In this document: positions 13,203 through 25,531 of the stretch, piece by piece
Numbering within the stretch: the first letter of the stretch is position 1
Layout of the letters: every line of letters starts with the position of its first letter
Assembly: GCA_045837725.1 (NCBI GenBank)
Contig: JBEWZL010000145.1
Span: 434,001 to 498,000 of the forward strand
Length of the DNA stretch: 64,000 bases
Source of the DNA: Vermamoeba vermiformis
Lineage: Eukaryota
Reading direction: 5' to 3'
Position numbers and translations under genes: made by a program
The notes under the pieces: generated by a model
Database searches by the model: none
What the model was told of the DNA's origin: nothing
Seen by the model: only the letters and a program-made list of their open reading frames with translations

Positions 13203-16200
13203 TCACTTTGACGGCACAATTCCAAGCTTTTGCAACACTTTGTGGAATTGATCAGGATTTTTCAGCAGCCCATCAATGTTGTTCTCTGACACACTCACGT
13301 ATATGTGCGAAGGTGTTATCTCGTGCACTTGGATCTTTCTAGGAATGCCAACATCAAAGCAAACTTGTTTCCAAGCACTCACTTTCTGAATCTGAGCACA
13401 GGCTTCTTTGCAAGGTGCTGGGACATTGCCAGTGTACCAATTTTCTGCAAATAACTTATCTCTATTCTTTTGCTCCTTTTTGGTTGTAGTAGTTGTTGGA
13501 GAACACAAGTAGACCGAAGCAACAAACAGTACTCCACCTGTAAAAATAATCAGTTAATGTGTGTTGGCTTGCTAACCAGTACTACACACACCTGAGAATC
13601 CCATTACTTCAGGCCCAAAGCACTTGGTTGGCAAGAGCAAGGCACCAGAATATTGAGTGAGAAGCATGATCAACTCAGGTTGGTATTGTTGCTTGCATTT
13701 CATTATTGCTGCCATGGCCTGCTTCACAGCAGGGAACTTCTGCTCATCATCAAACAAGTGCTGAAAAATCGACCCAGCAAAGTGTTTCTTCAAGGCATCA
13801 AAATTTGCATTCATGTTTGTTTCATTCAGCAGTGTCACTGCCACTTGCAGAGCTGAGCATGAGTGAGCATCACCCAAGAAATTCCAAGTAGGTGTAAAAG
13901 GTTGAAGAGTCCAGTTTGGTGATGTTGCATTGAAATGCAAATCCTTCAGTAGTGGCAGAAGTTGCAGAGATGAAACAGCAGGGAAATTTAACTAGTTAAA
14001 TAGTTAGCACCAGTCAATATGAGTGCAACCTTACCAAGCATGCTCCAATCAATCTTGCAAAGCAATTTCCCTCCAAGTTTTCAGCTTGAAACAAACAGTT
14101 ATTGACAGAGTTGGTTAGCTCCATCTGAAACTCCTCAACATAAGGTCTGTAGTTATTCTCAAGCAACCATTTTCTGAACACAAGGAATGAATAAGGCTCT
14201 TTGATTGAAAGTAGGCTAGAGCCTGGATAAACCAGTGTTAATTGCTGCATGCACCAGGAAAATAAATCAAATTGTTGTTGTACCTGCTCCTGTATCTTGT
14301 CTGTACTCAGTTGTTACTAACACAAAGCCTAAATCCTCGAAATTAACTTCTAAACCCTTGAAGCACTCTTCTTCCAGCTCAAATCCACTGTCCACAGAAC
14401 TGCTGTAGAACAATTGCAACAGCAATTCCTTCCCTGGACTAGTATCAGTATTGGATACATATCAGGCACATTACTTACACATTGAACTCTGTGCAGGGTG
14501 AACAAAAGTGTTATTCAACACAGTCAATCTGTTGGAGACATAACCTGCAATTGTGCGCTTGAGTGCAGCAATGCCTCGATTGATCATGTCTGCTAAGCTC
14601 AGATCTTTTCTAAACTTGTTGGCCTTCCAAATGAACTTCGGCAAGTTCGCACATCGTCGCACTCTTCCTTGAGCCACAAAAGCAATGTTGTGTTGAGTTG
14701 CCTCCAAACCTTGCAGATTGCCAGCAAAGTACTGCCCAACCAAATCCATAGCCTCATGTTCTGAAACTGTAGGATAGCTAACATTGGCGTCAGACAAGCT
14801 GAATGCTTTGTCTCTCTTCTTTAGATCATCAACATTTGTCATGCGTGTCCCAGCAATGATGACAGAGGATTCATGAGGAAGTGAGTAATTGGCTAAAACT
14901 GACAAGAATGTCCTAGTTGCATGTTAATTCAAGTCCATCTACAGAGCTCTCTTACCTTTTTGCCTTAGAAGCATTAATAATTTCAATCTCTGGAAAAAGT
15001 TGTTGAGCAACTTGGGCATCATCAATGGCAAAGAATACTTTGTTCTTTGTAATCTGTTCCAAAATTCTCCTCAGAGGAGCTTGTATGTCCAATAAGATGA
15101 TGTCAGGATCATAATTAATTGCTATCAGCTGCCTTAACAACCAAATTTGCAGGCTGTCATTAATCAAAGCAGCATGACGTCCACCCTGTTTCATCAAATA
15201 GGCAAGCCACATAGAGGGAGTAAACACTTCCCCATGCTTCTCTTGCATTTTTTTCAGCAATATTGCTTGAGATAACCACAGCAATTGCACAGCACAGATC
15301 ATCAAATTTGTAGCTTCAGTTGGTGGCAAGTTTTTTTTGACTATGTTGTCCCTCAAACGTACTGTGTTGGAATGAAAACTGATAAACAGGTAGTCAGTGT
15401 AGTCCCTAGTCCTGCCCTCTTCAAAACAGGCTTCAGTGTACAGTACATAGTGCTGCTTTGCAAGTGCAAAAATTGTGCCTGCAAATAAGAAGTGAGCCAA
15501 CTTCCCAAAGACACACAACAATGGAGTTACCTGTCTTGCCCGCTCCAGAGACAGCTTGAAGCAGAATAGTTATTCCGTCTTTGGGTTCATAACCCAGTAC
15601 ATGTTGTATGACTGGATCGTTAAAGAATGGTTTATCAAGGAAACGAAAGTCAACTTCACCAGTGAGTGGATGCATGGGCAATTGTTTCTCTTTGGACAGG
15701 TATGGGCCAAGAGGATGGTTGTCTATTATCTTTTCAACATCATTCTTCTCTAAAACCTGGTAACTTAAGTCCAGTGGAGGCAGCAGCGATTCCAAAATCT
15801 GCAAAGTTACGGCCAACCTTCTGTGATGCTTTTCTGCTTTTGTACTCTGTTAATATTCTGTTTAAAATGATGTGAACAGGGGACTAACTGACTTTTTGAT
15901 CTGTAGGTTTGGTACTGAGTGAAACTCTGCGATCTATTGGATCTAACGAGGACTGCAAATTCTTTAATTAATATTCATGTTTGTTATAGTAATAATACAA
16001 CTAGGAGGTAATTTCCCATACCTTTTTTTGTTGTAAAGAACGAGATTCCGTTGGACGGCATAAATCCAGGTTTGAATCCGATTGCTCGGGCAGGTCTGAA
16101 AATCGCTGCTTTACAAAATAAACGTTTAACATAAATTATGAATTTTCTTATTCCTTAGTGGCGATCCAGAAGTTAACTCATTTGAGTCAAGATCAGGATT

Positions 16201-16258
16201 TCTTACCACCTCCGAGCGCGCGTGCAATCGATGTAGACCGCCTGAATAAGACAAACAT
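13203..16258 (-). CDS. Crinkler/CR-type effector-like protein: P-loop NTPase followed by a degenerate restriction-endonuclease-fold domain; 5' exons tentative
   Basis: Walker A LLQAVSGAGKT, Walker B VFFAIDDAQVA, then VIIAGT, QGRVR and GFELEE. C-terminal LLPTKCFGPEVMGFS|GGVLFVAS resembles the P-x4-GPD REase motif of CR proteins. Start uncertain (16258 proposed). Confidence 0.6.
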
Positions 16259-16286
16259 TTATTCGTCAATTGTGGTGTTAGCAACG

Positions 16287-19200
16287 TCAAAGGCACAAAA
16301 AACTATCCTTCAAGAGCGCCAATTTAGCGTGCAGTTTGGGCATAAATTCCGCGGCACAGCTGACAATGCTCACGATCTTGTCTTTGTTCAAGGAGCTAAA
16401 ATCAGTGGCGCCTTTTTCGACCAACGACACTACAAAGGCCTTTGAATATGAACCGCCACATGATACTGCAATATCAAGAGGGAATTCGAAGTTGTTGTTG
16501 AAGACGCCATCCACATCCGGATTCAAATCCAGAATTTTGGTGAACAACTCGTAATCATTTTTCTTCATCGCCAACATCAGCGCGGTATTACCATCTCTAT
16601 CTACGGCGTTGATGTCGATATTAAGGTCTTTGAAGTTCGACTGGTCATCCAAGATCTTGTTCACGAGTAGCGCGGGATGGTTCAGATCCACGACCAGCTG
16701 CAACTTCTCGTCATCGATTTTGATGGCCAACTCATCGCTCATCTCGTAGCACTTGTTGAGCACGTCCAAAGCCTTGGAGTGCTGACCTTGTTCGACCTCT
16801 TCAGCACTGACAGCTGGGAGGCCGTTGTCGTTGTTCTCGATGACTGCGTGTTGCTGTTGACGTTGCACGAACTGCTCGTTCCACTGCTCCAAGTCCTCAC
16901 CGCTCTCAAAAGGACCCTCGTGAGGCATATCAAAGCCATGCGGGTAGTTCTCGTTCAGGAAGTCGATGGTAGCTTGCACTTCGTTTCTAACTGTGCTAAC
17001 TGTCTCATCCACTGGTTCGCATTCGAGCTTGATGCGCAACTTCTTCTTCTCTTTAGAAATAACGGCAGCTTCATCAGCCAGCTGAGCCCATCTGAGCTCG
17101 TTCTGTCTTCTGACGTCCGCTTGACAGTCGACCTTGACTTGCACCGAGTGATCTCGGCCCCATTGGTATACGAAGACGTCGCGAGCTGCGTCTTGTTCGC
17201 TCTGGCCGTGCACTATTCTGTCGTTCATGGCCACGCAGACCACGTGATGAGGACCAGCCGCGAGGAGTTGCGCGTTGCGGACTTGTGAAATTTCAACACC
17301 CGAAGGACTGCTAATGGTGTCATCAGAGCACATCACGCCTGATCCAGTGCCAACCACGCGCACAGCACCTTTGTCCGCAAAGACCGCGAAACTGGTGCCA
17401 ACAGCGTAATGTGTCAGGCCTAAGTGTTCCTGGCGTTGCTTCAACACATGGCGATTATTGTGTCGAGTGAGCGAGTACTCGAATACACTCGTGCTAGCTA
17501 TCGTATAATAGTGTTAGTATAAATACGGCTCTAAGATCACCGCACTTACTTGTGGTGTACGCGAAACACACATTTCCATAAATGAAAGCAGTGCTATAGT
17601 CCTTCGGCTGTGAAGTTGCGTTGCACCTCGAATCTTCTTCCGTGCGCATGAACATGTATTTTGAGTTCCAAATAAGAATTTTTCCGTCAGTGTCGACGCA
17701 CACGGGATGCGCGTAGTGAGCATTGATGGATCTGGCCTTCAGCTGGGGAATGACAGAAGGAACGTAGCAAACCATATCAAATTGCTCACCCCATACATAT
17801 ACAGTGTTGTCTAGTCAACATTATAGGAATTAGATTAGATTTTGCCAGATGCGAATCTGCATCCGTACCTTTGGCAATAGCGAAGCACAAGCGATCTGCG
17901 ACGGAAATATCCTGGAACTGCACGTGTCTGTACTCATCGTCCGGGCAAAGGACGACAATTCTAGCGGGCTTGGGCACTATTGTTTCTTCCATCCGGTTGA
18001 GTCCTAGCTCCGCTTGGCCGGAACCCCAGACCCACAAATCACCCTCAGCTATTATATGGCTTAGTACTCATAGTCTAATATAATAGTTTCGTGCATACTT
18101 GACAAACCCAAAGTAAATCCGTTGCCAGCAGCCACTTTGCGGAACTTGCATGAAGCTTGCAATTGCACGGCGAAAGAGGAGGAGCGTACCAGACCATCGC
18201 CGAGCTGACCTCTATCACCCCGACCCCAGGAGTATACGTCTCCATTGTCTAAAGCAAGATCCGTTAGAACTTTCTGGCTAACCTGAATTTTTTCAGAGAA
18301 TAGTCTTACTGAAACACGCAACGGAGTGATCCTCGCCCGCTGCAACAGAGATGATATTAAATGCAGGAGGCAGTCCTTGAACAGGTCGTGGCTTGACAAT
18401 CGAAGAAGCTAAAGGAAGCCGGATTTAGATTCGGAACTTTTGTAACGGATGTGTTTAGACTTACTGGGCACCAATCCGATCTGCTTGAATTGCCATTCGC
18501 ATAAATAGCGACTGCAGACACAAGATTTCCGACTGTCAGGGTTTGCTACGACATTGTCGCATAATAAACAGAACGAGGTCAGATGTTCAAGACGTGCCCT
18601 TGAAATAGTCAGTAATGCGAAGCAAAACGAAATGAAACTTACTTATAATATGCTTGAAGGCCTTGTTCCAACTTTCCAGCATTGGCGTGGTCAGCTAGCA
18701 CATTCTCGGCACGAATCTGTCAGATGCAAAAAAATGAGCAAATTTTAAAAAGATTCGAAATTGAATTCTAGTTTACTTTAGCTTCAAAAGGTATCGCCAA
18801 CTCGATAGCTTTCTCGATATTGTTATCGGCTTCAGCGACGGCAAGTCTAGCAACCTAGATTCGAAAAATAAGTACACAACGAGACCCAAATTGTCCTTAT
18901 AATCATTAATATGGCTATTTTTTACCTCTGCGTCGAATCCCATCTCGACGAGCATCTCCCACACAGTTTGAATGGCTTCTTTTTGGGCTTGGTCGGGAGT
19001 AACGACCTTTTCAAGCATTACTGTTCGATTGAAATTGAAACCGATTAGTTAAATGTGTTTAAAGGGTTGTATTCATATAAAGCTATTATATACGTACCTT
19101 CGAGCTGAGTTTTCAATGCAAACTGGTCAATTGTTTCCAAGTCAGGCGAGATCAGGCTTGCTCTAAATTTATTCGGCCTTTCCATCCTAGCAACGTTATT

Positions 19201-19445
19201 AGACCTTGCTCTAGCTGCATTAATATAGCTTACGTTATGAAGAGATTGTAGCCCGGCAAGAGACCCCACTGGATTTGCAGCTCCTGAGATGAGATGAGGC
19301 TACTTAAGTCTCCGATAAGGAAACTAAGTTTGTTTTCGTCGCCTGAAGCATTGGCCTGAAGGCACTCGTCATAGCGCTTTTTGAACGCTCTGGCGATGGT
19401 GAGCGAGTTGTTTTGTTGCATCTCGTTTGTTTTGTAATTGAACAT
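16287..19445 (-). CDS. Multidomain protein: UBA, PARP6/8-like Cys4 motif, RCC1 repeats, coiled/acidic region, ankyrin repeats
   Basis: Spliced exons give LVEMGFDAE|VARLAVAEADNNIEKAIE (UBA), FCLLCD...VCSRYLC, VAAGEDHSVA and GDVYSWGRGDRGQLG (RCC1), and INAVDRDGNTALMLA (ankyrin). AATAAA follows the TGA at 16287. Confidence 0.75.
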
Positions 19446-19952
19446 TGAAATTTTTCAGAAGGAATCCTTTCTTATGTTATTCTACAAATGCTTCAAATTT
19501 GCTTTGTAATTAATTTCAGAAGCAAATAAGATAGGATTTTTAATTGACTAAAAGTAAATAGGCTTGAATTAAAACTTGAGTCTCATGTTGAGACCTTCCC
19601 AGATTTGTGGGAACAATCGAACCAAAATCTTAGGAAAATATATATCCTGAGCCTATCCAATTATAATTTTAGGATGGTGATCGAAATTTGCTTAGAACTA
19701 TAATCGAAAAATAGCAAAAATCAAATAAATAGAATCTTTCGTTTGAAATGTCTGATCCCAGCCAAACGACTGCTCAGTTTTTTCAATGAATAATTAAGTA
19801 ATTTTAAATAATATTGTCATACCCGAAAGTTGTTTACCGCAAAAGATCAGATAATTTAATCATCGGTTTTTTTTGTTTGTTTTAAGCGAAAAAGCATAGA
19901 TCAGCGAGGATTAGACGCTTTTTACTAAAATTACAGTGCATGTTTTTGCTTA

Positions 19953-22900
19953 TTACGTATTAAACACTTTGACGCAATCAGCGATCGGTTGTCTACAAAT
20001 AGGGCATCGCTGACCAACTGACTTCATCTGCACTGCGCATTCATAGCAACATGCTATAATAATATTATTAAAATAAGCCATTTTTAAGCTCACTGAAGAA
20101 GTACAAGATCGCGTAGCGCATCCGATTTTAAAATTCAAATGTAACTTACCTAAGTGACCACACTTGTAAAACACCGAGTTTTTCTTCTTTTCAAAGCAAA
20201 TAATACATAATTCATCGTCTTCATTAGCCTTAGGCTCTTCTTTAGGCGCTGAGTTTCGCAGATCCGCTCCCTTTTCTTCTTTCTAATAGTAAGCACTATT
20301 AGTTGCTGATACCATATTAATGTATATATTAGCTACCTTTTTAGCTTGGCAACTGTTGAATCTTTCATCGCATGAACAGCTGAATGTACTGGCCTAAAAT
20401 AGCCAAGTCAGTGAACGGATTACTTAATCAGGCAATTCATATTGAGCGCAAGTCAACTTACCTGACTGAACACGATCATATGTCCTTTATGACACTTCTT
20501 GGCACATGTCGCGCAGATCATCTTGTTCAGCTGCACGAAGCAAGTCTTGCACTGGTACGCGTACTGAATTCGCGGAATTTTTCCGGTGTAAATTGTCGTG
20601 CACAAATCCACGGGCTCTGCTTCTTTTGTGAGCTTCTTGGCTGAGCAGAACGGTGAATTTCCGCAACGACAATAAAAGCTGTACACGTTAGTTGAAATGA
20701 TCACTTCGTGGCCTTTGTGGCAGATCTCAGCACACGCGATGCAAATGCCTTCCGAGCCCTGGTTGGTTTACCATATTAGGCAACGTCGTTCATGAACAAA
20801 GAGTACTATTCTAAGACTTACCGTTAGCGCACAAGTCTTGCACTCAGCGTATTGTTGCGGCACAGGTGTTGATTGTTTGTCAGGATAAGTGCATACTTTG
20901 CCACTATTTAACGATTAGTATATATATGCTTCCTAATATAGACCCAATAGCACGTACGTGTATCCGAGTTGTTTCAGAATAGCCGATGATTCCGTGCTCA
21001 ACGAGATGTTGTTGGGCAGTTTTGAAAATCCAGCCAGAATGCTGACCAATTTGTCCATGTCTATAACAGCTTGCACAGCCTCATCTGCAATAAAATAGTT
21101 AGGTTAACATAAAAAGTTGATAAAATCACGTGTTGAATTTGACACGTGTCAAGATGCAGTTCATACCGAACACGAAACTCTTGAACGAAGTGACAATGGC
21201 CAACAAGATCGGATGTGGCTGCGGTGTCATGAGCAGAGGGTTGGAAATGATGCCCATGAACAGATCAAACACTTTGGCTTCGATAACTTTGTTCAGCATT
21301 TCACGGGTCTGTAAACACGAGTGAGTAATGTAGTAGCCTTTTCGAAATATCATTTCCCAGTACGTACTTCAGGCACGATTGGCAAGCACAAGCAGTGAAT
21401 GATTCGTACAGCGTGCACAGCCAGATCTGCTTCGCGCAACAACAGCTTCTTGAGCTCATCGAGACCAACGACTTCGAGGAACTTTCTCTTGTTCTCAATG
21501 TCCGTTTCTGTGGCCAAGAATCAGTTACTAGTTACAAACTTGAAAGGCGGTATATTGAACTTACGATACACCAAGCACCGCAACAGTTCTAAGGCGGACA
21601 ATTTGTTCACCACTTGATCGCTCTTGTACGCCGCTAAAGCTGCTTGATACAAATCTGCTTGTTGCCACACTGGGGCCATAAGAGGATCTGAAGTCATCAT
21701 TCAAGTTAGTGCCCATAGTACTTCGGTTCATTGACGTGTTTGACGTACCTTTGATGAACACGCCGATAAGCTCCAGAGCTCCTGCTTGAACACGTGGCTC
21801 GGGACTCGACAAAAACTCTATTAATCGCTTGGCTGTTTCGACACCACCGATCTGCGAGAACTCTGACATCAATGGTTGCGCTAAAATAATAGAATTAGTA
21901 TTATTTAGAAAGTAGTTACTTCGCTCAAGTGAATTAATAAACGGGACTGAACAACACTGATTTCAAAGTGACTTACAATCGTAGCAGCTGTACTTGAGCA
22001 CAGTGAGTGTCAGCGACAACAAATTGACGTCGCAGTTCTTGTCAATAATGTTCGAGATGAGTGGCACGACTGCGTTGTCCTTCAACATTAGCTGTTGCAC
22101 GATTGGTCGCAATGGAGGCAACATGGCTCGTTCAAGAATCAACTCGAATGCTGTCACTTTCAACTTCTTATTGGGTACCCATAGACAGCCAAACAATTCG
22201 GGAATTAATTTGGTTTCAACGTTCACTGAAAAAAAAAATCATTAAAATACTGCGAATATTTATCATTCCTTTTTAAGTCGATATTAAGGAATGGACAATG
22301 AGAATGTGAGTATGAAGGACGTACCATCGTAAGCCGAAAAATTGATGTATTTAGTGCCGTATTTGACGAGCTCTTGATTTTCCGCGCCCAACATCTTGCT
22401 GAGCGGTGCAGCAGCCCAAGAAATGAATTCTTTGGTCAATTCTTTGTCGTTCAATGTCGTCAAGTACTTGTCGATCGACTGCGTAACAACTAAGATAAAT
22501 CCTTCGTCGATATTTTCTTTCGAGTACGCTGTATTCAGCACCACTCGTAGTTCTTTAATAATTGACTTTTGATTTTCAACGTCTAAATAAGGAAAATTTA
22601 GGAAAATTAGTTTTTTTCGTTGCGAAATTAGGAAAAAATGTTATTATAATCACTGACTGACGAAAAATGATTTTCTACGTACTGTCTTTGCCCAGGACAT
22701 TAAAGCACTGGAAAATATTTTTGATCAATTGATCGTTCTTGTATAACAGACATTGAGACAGCAACGGAATTCCACCAGCCAATCGGATCACGTCCTTGTT
22801 GCTCGGGCCTTTAAAAAAAAAGTTATTATTAAATTTCGAAAATTCGTTATTTTACGCACTTCCGCCAGCAAGGCCGTAACATAAATTAGTTAATACGGGA

Positions 22901-25283
22901 ACAATTCGTCGCAACAGTGTCGTTGATTTCGACTCGGCTAACATGCTGACTAAAAAGGAAATAATGCCTTCTTTTTGGAACATTTGTTGGATATTCGAAT
23001 CTGCAAATGAAAATAAGGAATGAGCACGTGTTTTCAGCGAAAACGCAAGTCAGATCTGTTTCATTACCTCTAATCGACAAAGGAATCAATAGATCAATGA
23101 CATATTTCATCAATCGTTCGTCTCTCGTGTTCATCGCTTTCAACAAACAAGTCAAGCCATTATTACGATAAATCGTCTCCAAGTTCTTCGTGTCTGAAGC
23201 GGATGCGTTAGCAGATCCAAAATTAAAACATAAATATAATAGGGGCCTTACTATCTTTAGAAACAGTCGCAAGTAATTTAGCGACATTGGCCGAGAATTC
23301 CATATTTGGATAATTCATTAACGGCAAGAAATACGAGATCAAACTGTCAACACGGAAAATCTTCGCACAAGCCTCCGGTTCTAAAATAATAACATTAATA
23401 TTATTAAATTATATTATAGTGTTCGGATTTTACCTTTTTCGGCAATATTGATCAATTCTTGAACGTCACTTTGAGGTGTTTGTGAATAAGCAATTTTCTT
23501 TACGATTGTTTTGACGGCCTCTTGGGTACGCATGAACTCGACTGGGACCTGCCATAAAAGGTAAATGAATAAATTATTGCAAAGACTTCAAGTAATTTGA
23601 CTCACAGGAGTCGATTCAGCCAATAGTCTTTGCATTGATTTCGGCTTGGGAAACACGGAGTCCAACAGTTCTAATTTTAGAAAAACTTTGCTGGGCTGGG
23701 GTGCCTCTTCGATAACAGGAGCAGCGTCAAATATTCCTAAATAAGGAAATCCCAATTATTACCGTATTATGATTTAAAATAATAGACTTCAAAATCGTCG
23801 TACCGTCTTCCGTATGCTGGCCACCTTCCATTTGAATGAACGGCGGTAATTTGCTGAGCACAATCTCGCCGCATATCTCGCCAAAAGGCACGTTTTGGAA
23901 CATAAAAGTTTCCTTAAATGGCATGCGGGACTCGTTCAGTGAATAGACGCGGACGAGCGGCACTTGACACTCGCCAATCAATTCAACGACGGTAGTATTG
24001 TAATCAAATGCGCGGATAATAATAGTGTCGTTCACTATGTCCTTCAATGTGCCTGTCAGTCGAATCGGCGGCAGATCCATCCACGAAGGGGTCATAGTGT
24101 TGTAACAAATAGTAGTTCTGCTTAGCTTCTTTGGGCTAAATATTACATCATTAACATGCAATACAAATATACGAGTAGTTCGATTTAATTTTGCGTTACA
24201 AGCTCGTGTAACGGATCCAAAACTGAAAATTCAAAACTACGGTAAATATGATTTTAGGAATATTAAACTCAATACTTTAGTACATATTATTTGGTTAATA
24301 AGATTAACTGGTTGCGTGGTGGATCCGTTCAAAATAAAATTAAGTTGAATAAAAAAATAGGTACGTACTCTGATTTTAAGAAGAACTCCAAGAAGCAGTC
24401 ATTCTTGCGCGTATTGTCTTGCACTTTCAGCGATGACTGACGCAGCAATATAACCGCAATATCATATACTGTAATTTCAGCCTCACCAGTACACACCATC
24501 GTCAGATCAAATTGAATGCGTGTGTTCTTGACTGGCTTCTCAATATCTTCTTTCTTGCTCTGATAGAACAAATATTAACCACAAATTTGATAAAAATAGT
24601 CGGCTGTAATGCGGGGCGTGATCTGCGTACTTTTTCGAAAATTGGAAATTTCATCGCAGTGATATCGTATATTAATAGCGTTATTATCATCATAGAAGGC
24701 ATGAATATAACTATGCCTATATCGTCGATATTATAATAATTTTTTATCGTTACCTTTTTCATCAATCGTAAATTATGCGAGACGGGACCCGAAGCCAGCG
24801 TAAATAAATCGACTTTAACATAACCTAATATATCATAATTAATATTAAGGAATTTTTGGGTTTAATAATAATTCAAAATTTCGCGTGTTGCTAGATTTGA
24901 CTTACCAACCATCGACTTCTTGCCTCCAACACCACGTTTCCATAAATCGATAGTCAAGTGCTTATTATGAAAGTGTACAACGTCGTCAGGGTTATAATCA
25001 AACGCGTGTCTATCGTTCCAAGCCGGATTCAAATCTGAAAAATCACAACAATTAAATAAGTCGTCATTAATATAATTAAAATTCTCTATTAATATTACGC
25101 ACCTCCTTTCATCACCGTGGAGCTGAAATTCCACGAGTCCGCAAAATTAATATCGTATGATAAATCCAATTTGCCATGAATGTCTTTAAAGCGGATGTTT
25201 TGTATTTTGATATTAAATTTCGGTTTAATATTTATGGGCAATTTTGACCGTCTATTGCTCGCAGGGGACTCTCGAAGCTCCAT
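19953..25283 (-). CDS. Large E3 ubiquitin ligase-like protein: C2-like domains, ARM repeats, two UBR-type zinc fingers, C-terminal RING (C3HC4_3 type)
   Basis: C-terminus LCIICFEKKKNSVFYKCGHL|ACCYECA...CPICRQPI. Two CKTC...ICxxCAxxCHKGH...CxC motifs. ARM-like VIRLAGGIPLL and FSQIGGVETAKRLI. C2-like DLNPAWN...LTIDLW and PSWMD...IIRAFDY...IGECQV. Confidence 0.8.
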
Positions 25284-25531
25284 CTGATTAAATTGGCATT
25301 AGCGGCTTTTAATTGCAATTACATCACACTACCTTATTATACAAGTATTACCTAAAGGTCTAATCCTTGACGTATTAATAATATTTTATAGTGTTGTTCT
25401 GATCCGCCAAAGAAAAAACAAAGCGGAATAGAGATCGCTCGAGATTTCCGACACACGGAGCACAATAATTAGTAATGCTAATATGCTTAAAGATGCTTTT
25501 ATTGTTAAACAATATGTACATTACATTCTTT

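Noticed and set aside
16200-16310. Fusion of the RCC1/ankyrin gene with the downstream CR-NTPase gene
   Set aside because: There is no convincing GT donor before the TGA at 16287, AATAAA follows the stop, and an independent ATG exists at 16258.
16677-17288. Long antisense ORFs (also 33283..33654, 38516..38902, 57625..58248, 1195..1557, 5030..5293)
   Set aside because: Shadow frames of well-supported genes on the opposite strand, with no independent domain signal.
19045-19096. SH3-like ALYEY motif in ORF 19045..19269
   Set aside because: It lies inside a GTACGT...AACAG intron, and no other SH3 motifs follow.
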